Sequence record: MK250027.1
Length of the DNA stretch: 64,000 nt
Reading direction: 5' to 3' (one strand)
This document shows, one piece after another, positions 25,781 through 36,153 of the stretch. The position numbers and the translations under genes were made by a program. The notes under the pieces are model-generated. The model did no database searches. It worked only from the letters and a program-made list of their open reading frames with translations, and was not told the origin of the DNA. Positions within the stretch are counted from its first letter, which is position 1. Every line of letters begins with the position of its first letter.

Positions 25781-25782
25781 TT

Positions 25783-26268
25783 ATGAAATTACATAACGGC
25801 ATTTATCATACAAGAAATTCATATAGTAAAGACTGTAAATTTTGGAAAGAAAAGTGTATTCCTTATATTGAATGGTATAAGAAACATCGACTTAGAAATA
25901 TTCAATTGAGAGAACATAGAATTCCAGATGATTATGATAAGAGAGATGTTATGTCTCATCTTATGCATTGTTATACAGATTTATATATGCAATCACATAT
26001 TGGACGTGTAAAGAAATCTGTTATACGAAAAATATTTAATTATTGGTATAAACAACCGGGCGCATATCTTAAGAATGATGAATATCTTAATTATGATATT
26101 TTAACACCATATCCTATGTATACAGGAGATAGAGATGATGTTAGATTCCCTGTAGGTGAACCTGGTTGTTTTATTCTCTATATTACATTATTTAAAAGAA
26201 ATAAGAATGCTCTTACGAAGAAACAACAAAAATTATTGAATGAACTTCATTCATATAGAGAAAAATAA
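25783..26268 (+). CDS. Hypothetical protein
   Basis: ORF. Confidence 0.7.
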   Translation: MKLHNGIYHTRNSYSKDCKFWKEKCIPYIEWYKKHRLRNIQLREHRIPDDYDKRDVMSHLMHCYTDLYMQSHIGRVKKSVIRKIFNYWYKQPGAYLKNDEYLNYDILTPYPMYTGDRDDVRFPVGEPGCFILYITLFKRNKNALTKKQQKLLNELHSYREK

Positions 26269-26275
26269 ATTTATT

Positions 26276-27130
26276 ATGAATAATTTTGATGATGCAATAA
26301 AAAAGAAATTATTAGAAGATGTTAATAATTTCAATGATATAATTTATAATAGAAAGACTATTAATGAAAGTTCTATTAATAGAATGTTTTATTGGATTAA
26401 TACATGTGATTGCGCATTTATTATTGCATTTAGATATGAATTAACAAATGTAGTAAATCCTGATAAAACATATTACGGACCTAATAATGATTGGAAAGAT
26501 AAAAAGATATTCACTCATGAAGAGAATCGCATGAAGAATAAATTGCTTTATGGTGAATTACTTAAATTAAAATATGGTGTTATCAAGGTAAAAGGTGTAT
26601 ATCCAGAAGGTATGGATAAAGAATCATCTGAAGAAAGTTATTTAGTTGTAAATAGATTTAATGATCTTGAATTTTTAAATAATATTTTAAGATTAGGAGA
26701 ATTTTATAATCAAGACTCTATCTATTATAAGCCGAAGAATAAAACATATGGTTATCTTATAGGCACGAATAATGCATACCCAGGTTATCATAAGAAAGGA
26801 GATGAAAGTACATTAAAATTAGGTACTGCTTCAAATTTTATGTCACGACTTGGAAATAAAGCATTCTCATTTATTCCAAAAAATGCTATTAAATTTAATA
26901 ATAAAGAAGATGCAGTAAATACAGAATCTGAATATCAAAAGTATTGGACAGATTATTCAGGAACGTCATTTAAAGATAGAAAAAAGAACAGAACAATAAA
27001 TCCTAAATTACAAGAAGCTTTAGAATTTTGGAGAACTAATTTAGGTGGTATTGATATTATTGAAAAAATGCATCCAAAAACAAGATTATGTATGTTTAGT
27101 TTTTTAAGAGAAAATTTAAATAATGAATAA
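26276..27130 (+). CDS. Conserved phage hypothetical protein (INESS...AFR...KGVYPE...EESYLVVN...QDSI pattern)
   Basis: ORF; start moved to the second Met to avoid overlap with the upstream gene. Confidence 0.7.
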   Translation: MNNFDDAIKKKLLEDVNNFNDIIYNRKTINESSINRMFYWINTCDCAFIIAFRYELTNVVNPDKTYYGPNNDWKDKKIFTHEENRMKNKLLYGELLKLKYGVIKVKGVYPEGMDKESSEESYLVVNRFNDLEFLNNILRLGEFYNQDSIYYKPKNKTYGYLIGTNNAYPGYHKKGDESTLKLGTASNFMSRLGNKAFSFIPKNAIKFNNKEDAVNTESEYQKYWTDYSGTSFKDRKKNRTINPKLQEALEFWRTNLGGIDIIEKMHPKTRLCMFSFLRENLNNE

Positions 27131-28133
27131 TAAAGATAATTAGATAATTTCAAAATATATAGAAAATAATTCTATTAAAAAGAATTGTCAATATTGGAAT
27201 CATATAGATACAGATGATCAAATTTATATTAAAGATAAATTTAAACATATCAAAGATATAAAATTATCAGAATGTCTCTATATGATTCTTCATCATTTAG
27301 ATAATAGACCAATTTGTCCTATATGTCATAAAGAAATAAAACTAGAAAGATTCTCATTAGGATACAAAACATTTTGCTCTAATACATGTAAATATTCAGA
27401 TAAAGGAAAACAACTTATTCATGAAAAACAAAAGGAGACATGTTTAGAAAAGTATGGAGTTGATAATCCTATGAAAGATATTTCCATCAAAAATAAATCT
27501 ATATCTAAATGTAAAGAAACAAATAAACGAAAATACAATGTTGAATATAATTTTCAACGTGAAGATATAAGAAAACAAATTATTCAAACAGTAAAAAATA
27601 AAACCGGTTATGAATATGCGTTTTTAAATAAAGAAAAAGTATTATATACATTACATAATAAATATGGCTCTGGTATAGATAATGTATTTCAATTAGATAG
27701 TATTAAAGATAAATCGAATAAAACAAAAGAATTAAATAATAGTTTTAATACTTCTAAATATGAAGATTTAACATATGAAATATTAAGAGAACATTATAGT
27801 AATGTAATAAGACAATTTAAATCAGAATTATATCCATTTAATTGTGATTTTTATATTGTAGATAAAGATACATATATAGAAATAAATGCAAGTTGGACAC
27901 ATGGCAAACATCCATTTAATGAGGATGATTTAAATGATGTTAAACTTTATAATGAATGGATGAATAAATCAGACTATTATAAGAATTCTGCTTATAATTG
28001 GAGATTTAGAGATACAAAGAAAAGGAATATTGCAAAAGAAAATAATTTAAGATATTTTGAAATATTCCCTATAAATATAGAAGATTTAAAAAATAAATTG
28101 AAAAAAATTATTCAAAAAATAGACAATTTATAA
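27123..28133 (+). CDS. Putative homing endonuclease (Zn-ribbon + repeats + PD-(D/E)xK/EDxHD-like nuclease); one TAG=Gln
   Basis: ATG 27123 in frame via TAG; CPIC, FCSNTC, ETCLEKYGVDNP, C-terminal CDFYIVDKDTYIEINASWTHG. Confidence 0.75.
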
Positions 28134-28175
28134 AATTTCTTCTATAAATAGATAGAATAAAGAAAATTAGGAATA

Positions 28176-29300
28176 ATGCCTAAGAAAGTTTAGTTTGAAG
28201 AATTTGAGTAGAGATTAAAAAATAAATTTGGTGATAAGTTTAAATATATTGATTTAAGTTTAATAGATAAAGAAAACTTTAATTATTTAGATAAGTATCC
28301 TATTAAATGTTTAATACATAATAAAATAGCATATAAAGAGCCGAAAATCTTTTTAAGATCTACAACATTAAATATATGTAGTAAATGTCAAAGGGAATAG
28401 CAAGTTCGTGATTCACATAAAATGCATGAAGGTAAAGAAAGACATTATACATCAGTTGATGAATTTCTAGAGCGTTTATATTAGAAATATAAAGATAAAA
28501 TAACTATTGATAAAAATGATATTTTATTAAATAAAAATGGTTCAGTAAATTTTTCATAGAAAATGAAATTTATATGTCAAAAACATGGTGAATTTTATTG
28601 TAAACCATCCGATATATTTCGTTCAACTCATGGATGCTCAAAATGTGCTAATGAATATATGAAATTAAAAAATATTCAATATGGTGAAGAACGAAGATAG
28701 TCATTTATAAATGATGCTATTAAAATTCATGGTAATCAATATGATTATTCAAAGGTTGATATAACAGGTAAACTAAAAAAAGTTGAAATTATATGTAAAG
28801 ATCACGGTTCATTTTTTATGATGCCATCTTTACATTTAAGAGGTGAAGGTTGTAAACTTTGTAATAAAACAAATTTATTAAATTGTGAACGACGTTTATA
28901 TCAAATATTAATTGATAATTTTCCTAATGAAGAAATTATTAAATAGTATCATAACTTTTTAGGAAGACAAAGTTTAGATTTTTATTTTCCTAAATATAAA
29001 ATAGGAATAGAATATCAAGGTAAGCAACATTTTGTTACTAGTGAATATTTACATAATGACACAAGGCATTCATTAAAACATTAGAAAGAACTTGATGAAA
29101 AGAAGTTCAATAAATGTAAAGAACATAATGTTACACTTTTATATTTTACATTTGATAAATAGTATGAAAATATTGAATATTACTCAAAACTATATGTAAA
29201 TATAAAAGACTTAATTGAAAAAATACAATATATAATAAATAATTACAATGTTTGCGTTAATAGTAATACAGACATTGAGCAACAAAAATTAAATACATAA
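28176..29300 (+). CDS. Putative homing endonuclease (repeated C-x2-HG...GC-x2-C modules + Vsr/DUF559-like nuclease), 374 aa; TAG=Gln; absent from the ORF track
   Basis: Manual translation: HGNQYDYSKV...IICKDHGSF...GEGCKLC; LDFYFPKYKIGIEYQGKQHF; several in-frame TAG. Confidence 0.8.
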
Positions 29301-29306
29301 TAAATT

Positions 29307-31855
29307 ATGAGCAACAAAAAAGTAGTTGGAATTGATTTAGGTACTGGAAACAGTGCGGTAGCCATCATCGAGAATGGCGTAGCTAAAGTAATTGAAAATG
29401 CAGATGGTTATAAGACAACTCCATCTGTAGTGTACATCAAGGGTGATGAAACAAAAATTGGTGCAGCCGCAAAACGTGGTATGGTAATGAATCCAAAGAA
29501 TACCATTTCATTTGTAAAGCGTTTTATGGGTGCTAAATGGGATGATCCTGATGTACAGAAGATGTTAAAGATGGTAACATATGATGTTATCGATGAAAAT
29601 GGAAATCCTCGTCTTAAGATTGACGATAAAACATATTCACCAGAGCAAATTTCATCTATGATTCTTAAGAATATGTATGAAGTTGCAAAGGGATTCTATG
29701 GAACAGAAGATTGTAAAGACGCTGTTATTACTGTTCCTGCATGGTTTAATGATATTCAGCGTAATGCTACAAAGGTAGCAGGTCAGTTGGCTGGTTTGAA
29801 TGTTCTTCGTATTATTAATGAGCCAACTGCAGCAGTTCTTTCTTCAAATATTGATACAAAATCTGGAGATAAGATTGTTCTTGTTAATGATCTCGGTTGT
29901 AAATATTCTGTTACTGCATCCGCGCTTGCTGCTTAATCACTAAAGCAAGTGTAAAGTTAAAAACCCGTTAATTGCTGAGAGTCCCACGTTAGTTATATAC
30001 TAATGATAAAAATGGTCTTAAATACCGCTATTAGATGGTGACATACTAATTAGCACCAACTTTAATGTGTTGGGTATGGTAAAAAGTTTAAGAATTGGGT
30101 GACCGCCGTAAATCTTAAAATATATTAAGATAGAGCAGCCAAGTATCTTGGTAACAAGATAAAGGTTCAACGACTAGAAAAAGTAATCCTATTAATTTAT
30201 GAAGAAATTTCCACGAATGCGGGTTAGTTTAGAAGTGGTACAAGTGATATAAGATAAATATTTAAAGTATTTATTTATCTTATGATTAATACATAGTTCT
30301 TTGATTTATTGATTAAACACATATTTAAATTATATGATGAAAATAATAATTTGGAATTTAAGTTTGTGTTTGATTATGAATTAAATGAATTTAATCAATA
30401 ACTTCTAAATGAAAGAGATAGTCTTGAGGAATGAAAGTTCCTCGGTAAGATAAAGAGCTTACAAAGTTAAATAGAAACAAATAGGGTACAGAGGATGTTT
30501 CTATTGTTGAGATTTCTGATGGTATGATTGAGGTTCTTGCATCTGATGGTGATGTGTTCCTTGGCGGTCAGAATTATGATAATGCCATTGTTCAGTGGCT
30601 TATCGATGAGTTTAAGAAAGATACAGGTATTGATTTGAGTAAGGATAAGATGGCATATGCACGTCTTGTAGAGGCAGCAGAGAAAGCAAAGTGTGAGTTG
30701 TCAACTACTACTCAGACAGAGATTAACCTTCCTTATATTACTGTATCTGATGGTGTTCCTCAGATGTTGATTAAGACTCTTAATCGCGCTACATTTGAGA
30801 GACTTACAGAAGATCTTACAAATAAGGTTGTAGAGATTGCACATCGTGCTGTAGAGAAGGCAGGTATTACAGAGGATCAGATTAGTGAGATTCTTCTTGT
30901 TGGTGGTTCTTCACGTATTCCTTCAGTTCAGGATGCATTGGAGAAGTCATTTAACAAACCTTTGAATAAGACCTGTAATTTTGATGAGGCTGTTGCACTT
31001 GGTGCTGCTATTCAGGCAAATACACTTGCAGGTAATGCAACAGAGGATTCAGTACTTCTTTTGGATGTTACACCAATTTCACTTGGTATTGAGGTAAATG
31101 GTTGTGAGATGGCTAAGTTGATTGAAGCTAATACAACTATTCCTACACGTAAGTCACAGACATTTACAACTGCAGTAGATAATCAACCAGCTGTAACTAT
31201 TAAGGTACTTCAGGGTGAACGTCCAATGTCCGCTGATAATAAGGTAATTGGTACATTTAATTTGGAGGGTATTGCACCAGCTCCTAAGGGTGTTCCTCAG
31301 ATTGAAGTAACATTTGATATTAATGCGGATGGTATTCTTGAAGTAACTGCAAAGGATAAGGGTACAAATAAGGAACAGAAGGTAACAATTCAGTCTCCTA
31401 ACGCACTTTCTGATGAAGAGATTGCACGTATTAAGGCAGATGCTGAGAAGTTTGCAGAAGCAGATAAGAAGAAGAAAGAGGAAGTTGATAAGTTGAATAC
31501 TGCAGAACAATATGCAACACAGGTTCAGAAGTATATTGATGATGAGAAAACAGGTGCATCTGTTCCATCTGATAAGAAAGAAACATTGAAGACAAAGATT
31601 ACTGCAGTTCTTGATGCAGTTTCTAAGAAGGATGTATCAGCAGCAGAGACTGCACGTGCAGATCTTGAAACTGTATTTAAACCTATTGTTGAGGAAATGT
31701 ATAAGAATGCAGGTGGTGCAACAGCAGGTCAACCTCAGAATGAATCACAGGGAAATCCATTTGCTAATGCAGGATTTGGTGATGCAAATGCTTCAACTTC
31801 TGATACTAAGGCAGATGATGACGTTCAAGAGGCAGATTTTGAGGAAGTAAAGTAA
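29307..31855 (+). CDS. dnaK: DnaK/Hsp70, two exons (29307-29900 and 30485-31855) split by a group I intron
   Basis: GIDLGTGNS, TVPAWFND, INEPTAA; splicing gives VNDLGC|GTEDVSIVEISDG (canonical DLGGGTFDVS); LVGGSSRIP, LLDVTP, EAD..E tail. Confidence 0.95.
29901..30484 (+). mobile_element. Group I self-splicing intron (584 nt) without a full-length ORF
   Basis: Exon ends in U and intron ends in G; core elements AATTGCTG, GCAGCCAAG, GGTTCAACGACTAG and AGAGATAGTC (P7 GACTA/TAGTC); removal restores the frame and the conserved motif. Confidence 0.9.
30282..30401 (+). pseudogene. 39-codon intron-internal ORF, probable homing-endonuclease remnant
   Basis: MINTQFFDLLIKHIFKLYDENNNLEFKFVFDYELNEFNQ with one TAG; ATG sits in a 12-bp hairpin in the peripheral loop. 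Confidence 0.4.
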
Positions 31856-31969
31856 TAAAAATATAAGGTCTTGAAATATAGACCTTATTCTAAATAAGTT
31901 ATATATATTATAACAATATACAATTTAGAAATAATGAAAACTATTAAAAGTGAGTAAAAGTATGTAAAG

Positions 31970-32008
31970 AAGGGACGTTATCATGGAAATTGTATAACGT
32001 CCCTTTTT
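31970..32008 (+). terminator. Intrinsic terminator-like hairpin immediately upstream of dnaJ
   Basis: AAGGGACGTTAT-loop-ATAACGTCCCTT followed by a T tract. Confidence 0.7.
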
Positions 32009-32039
32009 ATGTTTAAACATTAATTTATTTGATTTAAAT

Positions 32040-33128
32040 ATGGCAAAAGACTTGTATGATATATTAGGTATTGAGAAAGGTTGTAATGATCAGAAAAAGA
32101 TTAAAACTGCATTTAGACAACTTTCTAAGAAATACCATCCAGATATGCAGAGAGGAAAATCAGATGCAGAGGTAAAGGAAGCTGAGGAAAAGTTTAAGGA
32201 TGTTAACCATGCATATGAAGTTTTGAGTGATCCTCAAAAGAAAGAGAATTATGATAATTTTGGTGATGAAAATGGAAGACCAAATCCATTTGGAGGCTCC
32301 GGTGGTTTTAATCCATTTGGTGGTGATTTTGATCCATTTGGAGGATTTAATCCATTTGGAGGATTTGGTGGAAGTTCACGTCAGAAGAAAAATCAGGTTC
32401 AACCAGGTAGAGATATTCAGATGAAGATTCCTGTATCTATTGAAGATATATTTAAGGGAGTTAAGAAGAGTGTTAAATTTAAGAGAAACGTAAGGTGCTC
32501 TGTATGTCATGGTGCAGGTGGAACTGGTCAGAAGACATGTCCAAAGTGTCATGGAACTGGTAGAATTATTCATCAGCAGCAATTTGCAATGGGGTCATTC
32601 TCTATTCATGAAGAAGTTTGTCCATTGTGTCATGGAACTGGTTTTTATGTAGAGAACAAATGTGATAAGTGTGGTGGTTCTGGATTTGATAAGAAAGAAG
32701 TAAAACTTGATATTGAATTACCATCTGGTGTACAGAATGGAGAATATCGTGTATATAGTGGTGAAGGATCCGAATCAAAGAATGTTTCAGGACCTAATGG
32801 TAATTTTATCGCTATTGCAGATTATACGTTTGATACAGATAGGTATCAGGTTGATGGGTTGAATGTAGTTGAACATATTCATGTCCCTTATTATAAATTG
32901 TTGCTTGGCTGTTCATATACTCTTAATATTCCTTCTGGTGTAAGTAAGGTTGTTAAGTTGAAGAGTTGTATTAAGGAAGGAACAATTATGAGATTAACTG
33001 GTGAAGGACTTAAGAGACCTGATGGTCAAAAGGGTGATTACTTCATTTGTGTTCATTATCAATTTCCAGAAGACCTTAGTGCGAATGATAGAGCATTGCT
33101 TGAAGTTATAGAGAAAAACAATAAATAA
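32040..33128 (+). CDS. dnaJ: DnaJ/Hsp40 co-chaperone
   Basis: J-domain HPD, G/F region, four CxxCxGxG repeats. Confidence 0.95.
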   Translation: MAKDLYDILGIEKGCNDQKKIKTAFRQLSKKYHPDMQRGKSDAEVKEAEEKFKDVNHAYEVLSDPQKKENYDNFGDENGRPNPFGGSGGFNPFGGDFDPFGGFNPFGGFGGSSRQKKNQVQPGRDIQMKIPVSIEDIFKGVKKSVKFKRNVRCSVCHGAGGTGQKTCPKCHGTGRIIHQQQFAMGSFSIHEEVCPLCHGTGFYVENKCDKCGGSGFDKKEVKLDIELPSGVQNGEYRVYSGEGSESKNVSGPNGNFIAIADYTFDTDRYQVDGLNVVEHIHVPYYKLLLGCSYTLNIPSGVSKVVKLKSCIKEGTIMRLTGEGLKRPDGQKGDYFICVHYQFPEDLSANDRALLEVIEKNNK

Positions 33129-33194
33129 TATTTATTAAAACAATTTAGCTATTTTTATATATAAATAAAAATAGCTATTTTTATTTTGTAAACC

Positions 33195-33581
33195 ATGGAA
33201 GATTTTAGTAAAGTAGAAGGTATTAAGACTAAAGGTGGAAAACCTTATGTGTAGAATAAAGAACTTATGAAAGAGATTGTACTTTCAAAGTAGAGAGATG
33301 AACTTACATATAACGCTGTTGTTATGCTTTAGTTAATTGCCGAAAATTTAGCAAAGAAAAAACATTATAAATGTCAAGAGGATAAAGAAGATTGCATACA
33401 AACAGCAATGATGGATGTTGCCATGTATTGGAGAAGCTTTGACCCTGAGAGATTTAATAATCCATTTGCTTATTATACAAGTATGTTATGTAATGGATTA
33501 TCAAAAGGATGGAATAAGATATATGGTAAATTTAAAGCATCTGAGATGACAAGTCTTGACAACAATATACATTCATTTTAA
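33195..33581 (+). CDS. T4 gp55-like late-transcription sigma factor, 128 aa; three TAG=Gln; absent from the track
   Basis: YVQNKEL...EDCIQTAMMDVAMYWRSFDPERFNNPFAYYTSMLCNG matches the gp55 pattern (YVNNKEL; FDPEK..NPFAYFT). Confidence 0.8.
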
Positions 33582-33600
33582 AATTAAATAATATAAATTT

Positions 33601-34134
33601 ATGCCTGCATATGATAGTTATATTGCAGAACATGGAACTGCAATAAGTGATTTAACATTGAAGAAAATGTTAGTTAATAAAAAAGATATTTAGGATAAAA
33701 TTAATAATACATTTGCATATGAAGATACGCCAGCTGTAATTCCTGGTAAATCTATTGATGATACAATAGATAAACAATTAGATTCTTTGAATGAAGATAC
33801 TGGTATGAATTCATTGATTACACAAGCAGCAATGATGAAAGCAAAAAGTGAGACTGATAAAAAAGAAGATTTAAAACAAAAAACAGAGCGACGTAAGAAT
33901 TTCATTGAATCTATGATGTATCAGCAAGGTGAACTTTATTATCAACAACATCATTATTTTATGGATGGTAAGACAAAACGTAGAGTTCGTAAAGCAGTTG
34001 AACGTGCATATGATAAAGGTAAGTATAATAAGAGCGGAATTTATTTTGAACAACCACAAACAAAGACTATTATTAGAAAACCAAAGAATACTAATAAGGA
34101 ACCAGTAAATATGCAAGATATGTTAAAGATGTAA
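33601..34134 (+). CDS. Hypothetical protein, 177 aa; one TAG=Gln
   Basis: ATG 33601 in frame with track ORF 33787-34134. Confidence 0.7.
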
Positions 34135-34161
34135 AAATAATATATATGCTCTATTAGATAT

Positions 34162-34953
34162 TTGATTTCTGATAGAGCATTTAATTTATATATGGATAAA
34201 GATTTAGATACTATATTAAAAGAAAAGTTTGATATTTGTTATATATTAACTTTAAGTGATAGAGAAGATAGACGTAGTAGAATGCAATATCAATTTCATA
34301 AGATGTATTTAGATGATATAGATAGAAGTGATTTTTATCATTATCATTATACTACTAAATTTCCTTATAATAAGTTAATTGCAAATGCGTTTAATGAATC
34401 AGGTTTAGGTAGATTTACAAAACCTAATGAGTATGATTGTTCAAGGAATCATTATTCTATTGTAAAGGAATGTTATGATAGAGGATTTAATAATATTTTA
34501 ATAATGGAAGATGATTTAAAATTCTTAAATAATAATCAGACTTTTACTAATTTTATTGATAATATTCCTGTAGATTATGATATACTTCAATTTGGTGGAT
34601 TTACTACAGATCCAAAAGCAAAAGGTATATTAGAAAAATATAATGAGAATATTTATTGGGTAAAACATAGAGATATTGGTTTATGGAATGCGTCTATGTA
34701 TGCTTTATCACGAAAAGGTATGGAATATTACATTGCATTTATGGATAAATTCTTTTGGGTTGCAGATGGACCATTATTTAAAGCGCCAATAAATGATAAG
34801 TTAGTAAATACATACGTTTCTACTATACCTTTAGTTATTCAGGAAAATAAAAATATTGTTTTATCAGATATAAGAAATAATGTGAATGATAAAATAGATT
34901 ATCAGAATGACAATGTATATGAATCACAAGTTAAGTTATCAGACTACTATTAA
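34162..34953 (+). CDS. Glycosyltransferase family 25-like
   Basis: YILTLSDREDRRSRM, CSRNHY, ILIMEDD, DYDILQFG, ASMYALS. Confidence 0.8.
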   Translation: MISDRAFNLYMDKDLDTILKEKFDICYILTLSDREDRRSRMQYQFHKMYLDDIDRSDFYHYHYTTKFPYNKLIANAFNESGLGRFTKPNEYDCSRNHYSIVKECYDRGFNNILIMEDDLKFLNNNQTFTNFIDNIPVDYDILQFGGFTTDPKAKGILEKYNENIYWVKHRDIGLWNASMYALSRKGMEYYIAFMDKFFWVADGPLFKAPINDKLVNTYVSTIPLVIQENKNIVLSDIRNNVNDKIDYQNDNVYESQVKLSDYY

Positions 34954-35008
34954 AAATTAATTTTTGATTTTTGTATAAATAAAAAAATAATTTTATATAA
35001 TAATCTAA

Positions 35009-35374
35009 ATGACTATGATTAACATGTATGACGAGGCTAATATAGATTTAGAAGAAATGATGTACCTTCAAGATGTTCAGGATGAAATAGAAGGTGATGA
35101 AGAACAAATTGAAGACGATGATATTTATGAAGATGATTATGATTTAACTTCTTCTTTTTTAGATAAACAATCTTTATTAAAAGATGATGAGCGTAGACAT
35201 ATAAAAGTTTTACATAAACCAACGGGAAAAATATTTTCTGGAAAGTTATATGGTAAATGCGCTGGTATTCCTGATAAGTATGTATTTTCTATGCGAGAGG
35301 TGATAGATAATAAGGAAGTTGAGCCATTGAAGACTAAGATCTTTAAATTGTCAGATCTTGTGAAGAAAAAATAA
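35009..35374 (+). CDS. Hypothetical protein with acidic N-terminus
   Basis: ORF. Confidence 0.7.
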   Translation: MTMINMYDEANIDLEEMMYLQDVQDEIEGDEEQIEDDDIYEDDYDLTSSFLDKQSLLKDDERRHIKVLHKPTGKIFSGKLYGKCAGIPDKYVFSMREVIDNKEVEPLKTKIFKLSDLVKKK

Positions 35375-35407
35375 ATATCATAACTAAATTATTAATAAAG
35401 GAAACTA

Positions 35408-35590
35408 ATGGTAAAGAAAATGGCACCGCGACGGGTAAAGATTTGTCCAGGATGTCCCTCAAAAGGATTGGATTTTGATGTGACTCCACAATTTAATTTC
35501 GTTCCAGAGAAAAAACGAGATACTAAAAAAATTACAATTATCAGTGATGTAAAAAATCATATTAAAGGAAAGATTTCATCATTGTTTTAA
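35408..35590 (+). CDS. Small hypothetical protein
   Basis: ORF. Confidence 0.55.
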   Translation: MVKKMAPRRVKICPGCPSKGLDFDVTPQFNFVPEKKRDTKKITIISDVKNHIKGKISSLF

Positions 35591-35594
35591 TAAA

Positions 35595-35636
35595 ATAAGA
35601 GATTATAGTTTTTTGTATACTATAATCTCTTATTTT
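35595..35636. terminator. Bidirectional terminator between convergent genes
   Basis: AATAAGAGATTATAG-loop-CTATAATCTCTTATT. Confidence 0.7.
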
Positions 35637-36082
35637 TATAAATCTAAATCATATGTATCTAAATTAATCATCTATAAATGTAATGTATCATGCTCTTTAT
35701 CGAATTTCTATTCTATTTTCTTTATTCTTCCTTCAATTTGTGACCAATTTTTATTTGCATGATTTATTGTATCTACCATGTGATTAATTACATTTTTTTG
35801 TTTAACTACATCATGATGAATATGTTCTAAATCTCTATCCATATCCTATCCATTTTTGAATATAATGTTACCAGCACCTTTTAAATTACCGAATGCAGTA
35901 ATAGCATTTATACCAATTAATGAGTTTTCATCAAAATAATATGCAACAGCTTGTTCACCAGGGGATAAATGTTTTGACATTAAATTTTGATATGCTTCTT
36001 CATAACATACGAATGGATAACGGTTATATGAATTTATATTTGATTTAGCAGTAGGTAATATTTCGTATTGATTGTTATTCAT
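35636..36082 (-). CDS. Hypothetical late protein, 148 aa, paralogue of the 56657 N-domain; TAG=Gln
   Basis: Reads through TAG 35846 to TAA 35636. Confidence 0.7.
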
Positions 36083-36153
36083 CTTAATTAAAACTAAACT
36101 TTATATATTTATTGAAAATCAATAAATAGAATAAAGGTTTAATATCATAAATA

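Noticed and set aside
29307-29936. dnaK as a split or truncated pseudogene
   Set aside because: The intervening sequence has group I core elements, and precise removal restores the frame and motif
32280-32375. TTTAATCCATTTGG(A/T)GG repeats as a CRISPR or DNA repeat array
   Set aside because: In-frame coding repeats of the DnaJ G/F region (FNPFGG); no spacers. No CRISPR array was seen anywhere in the window
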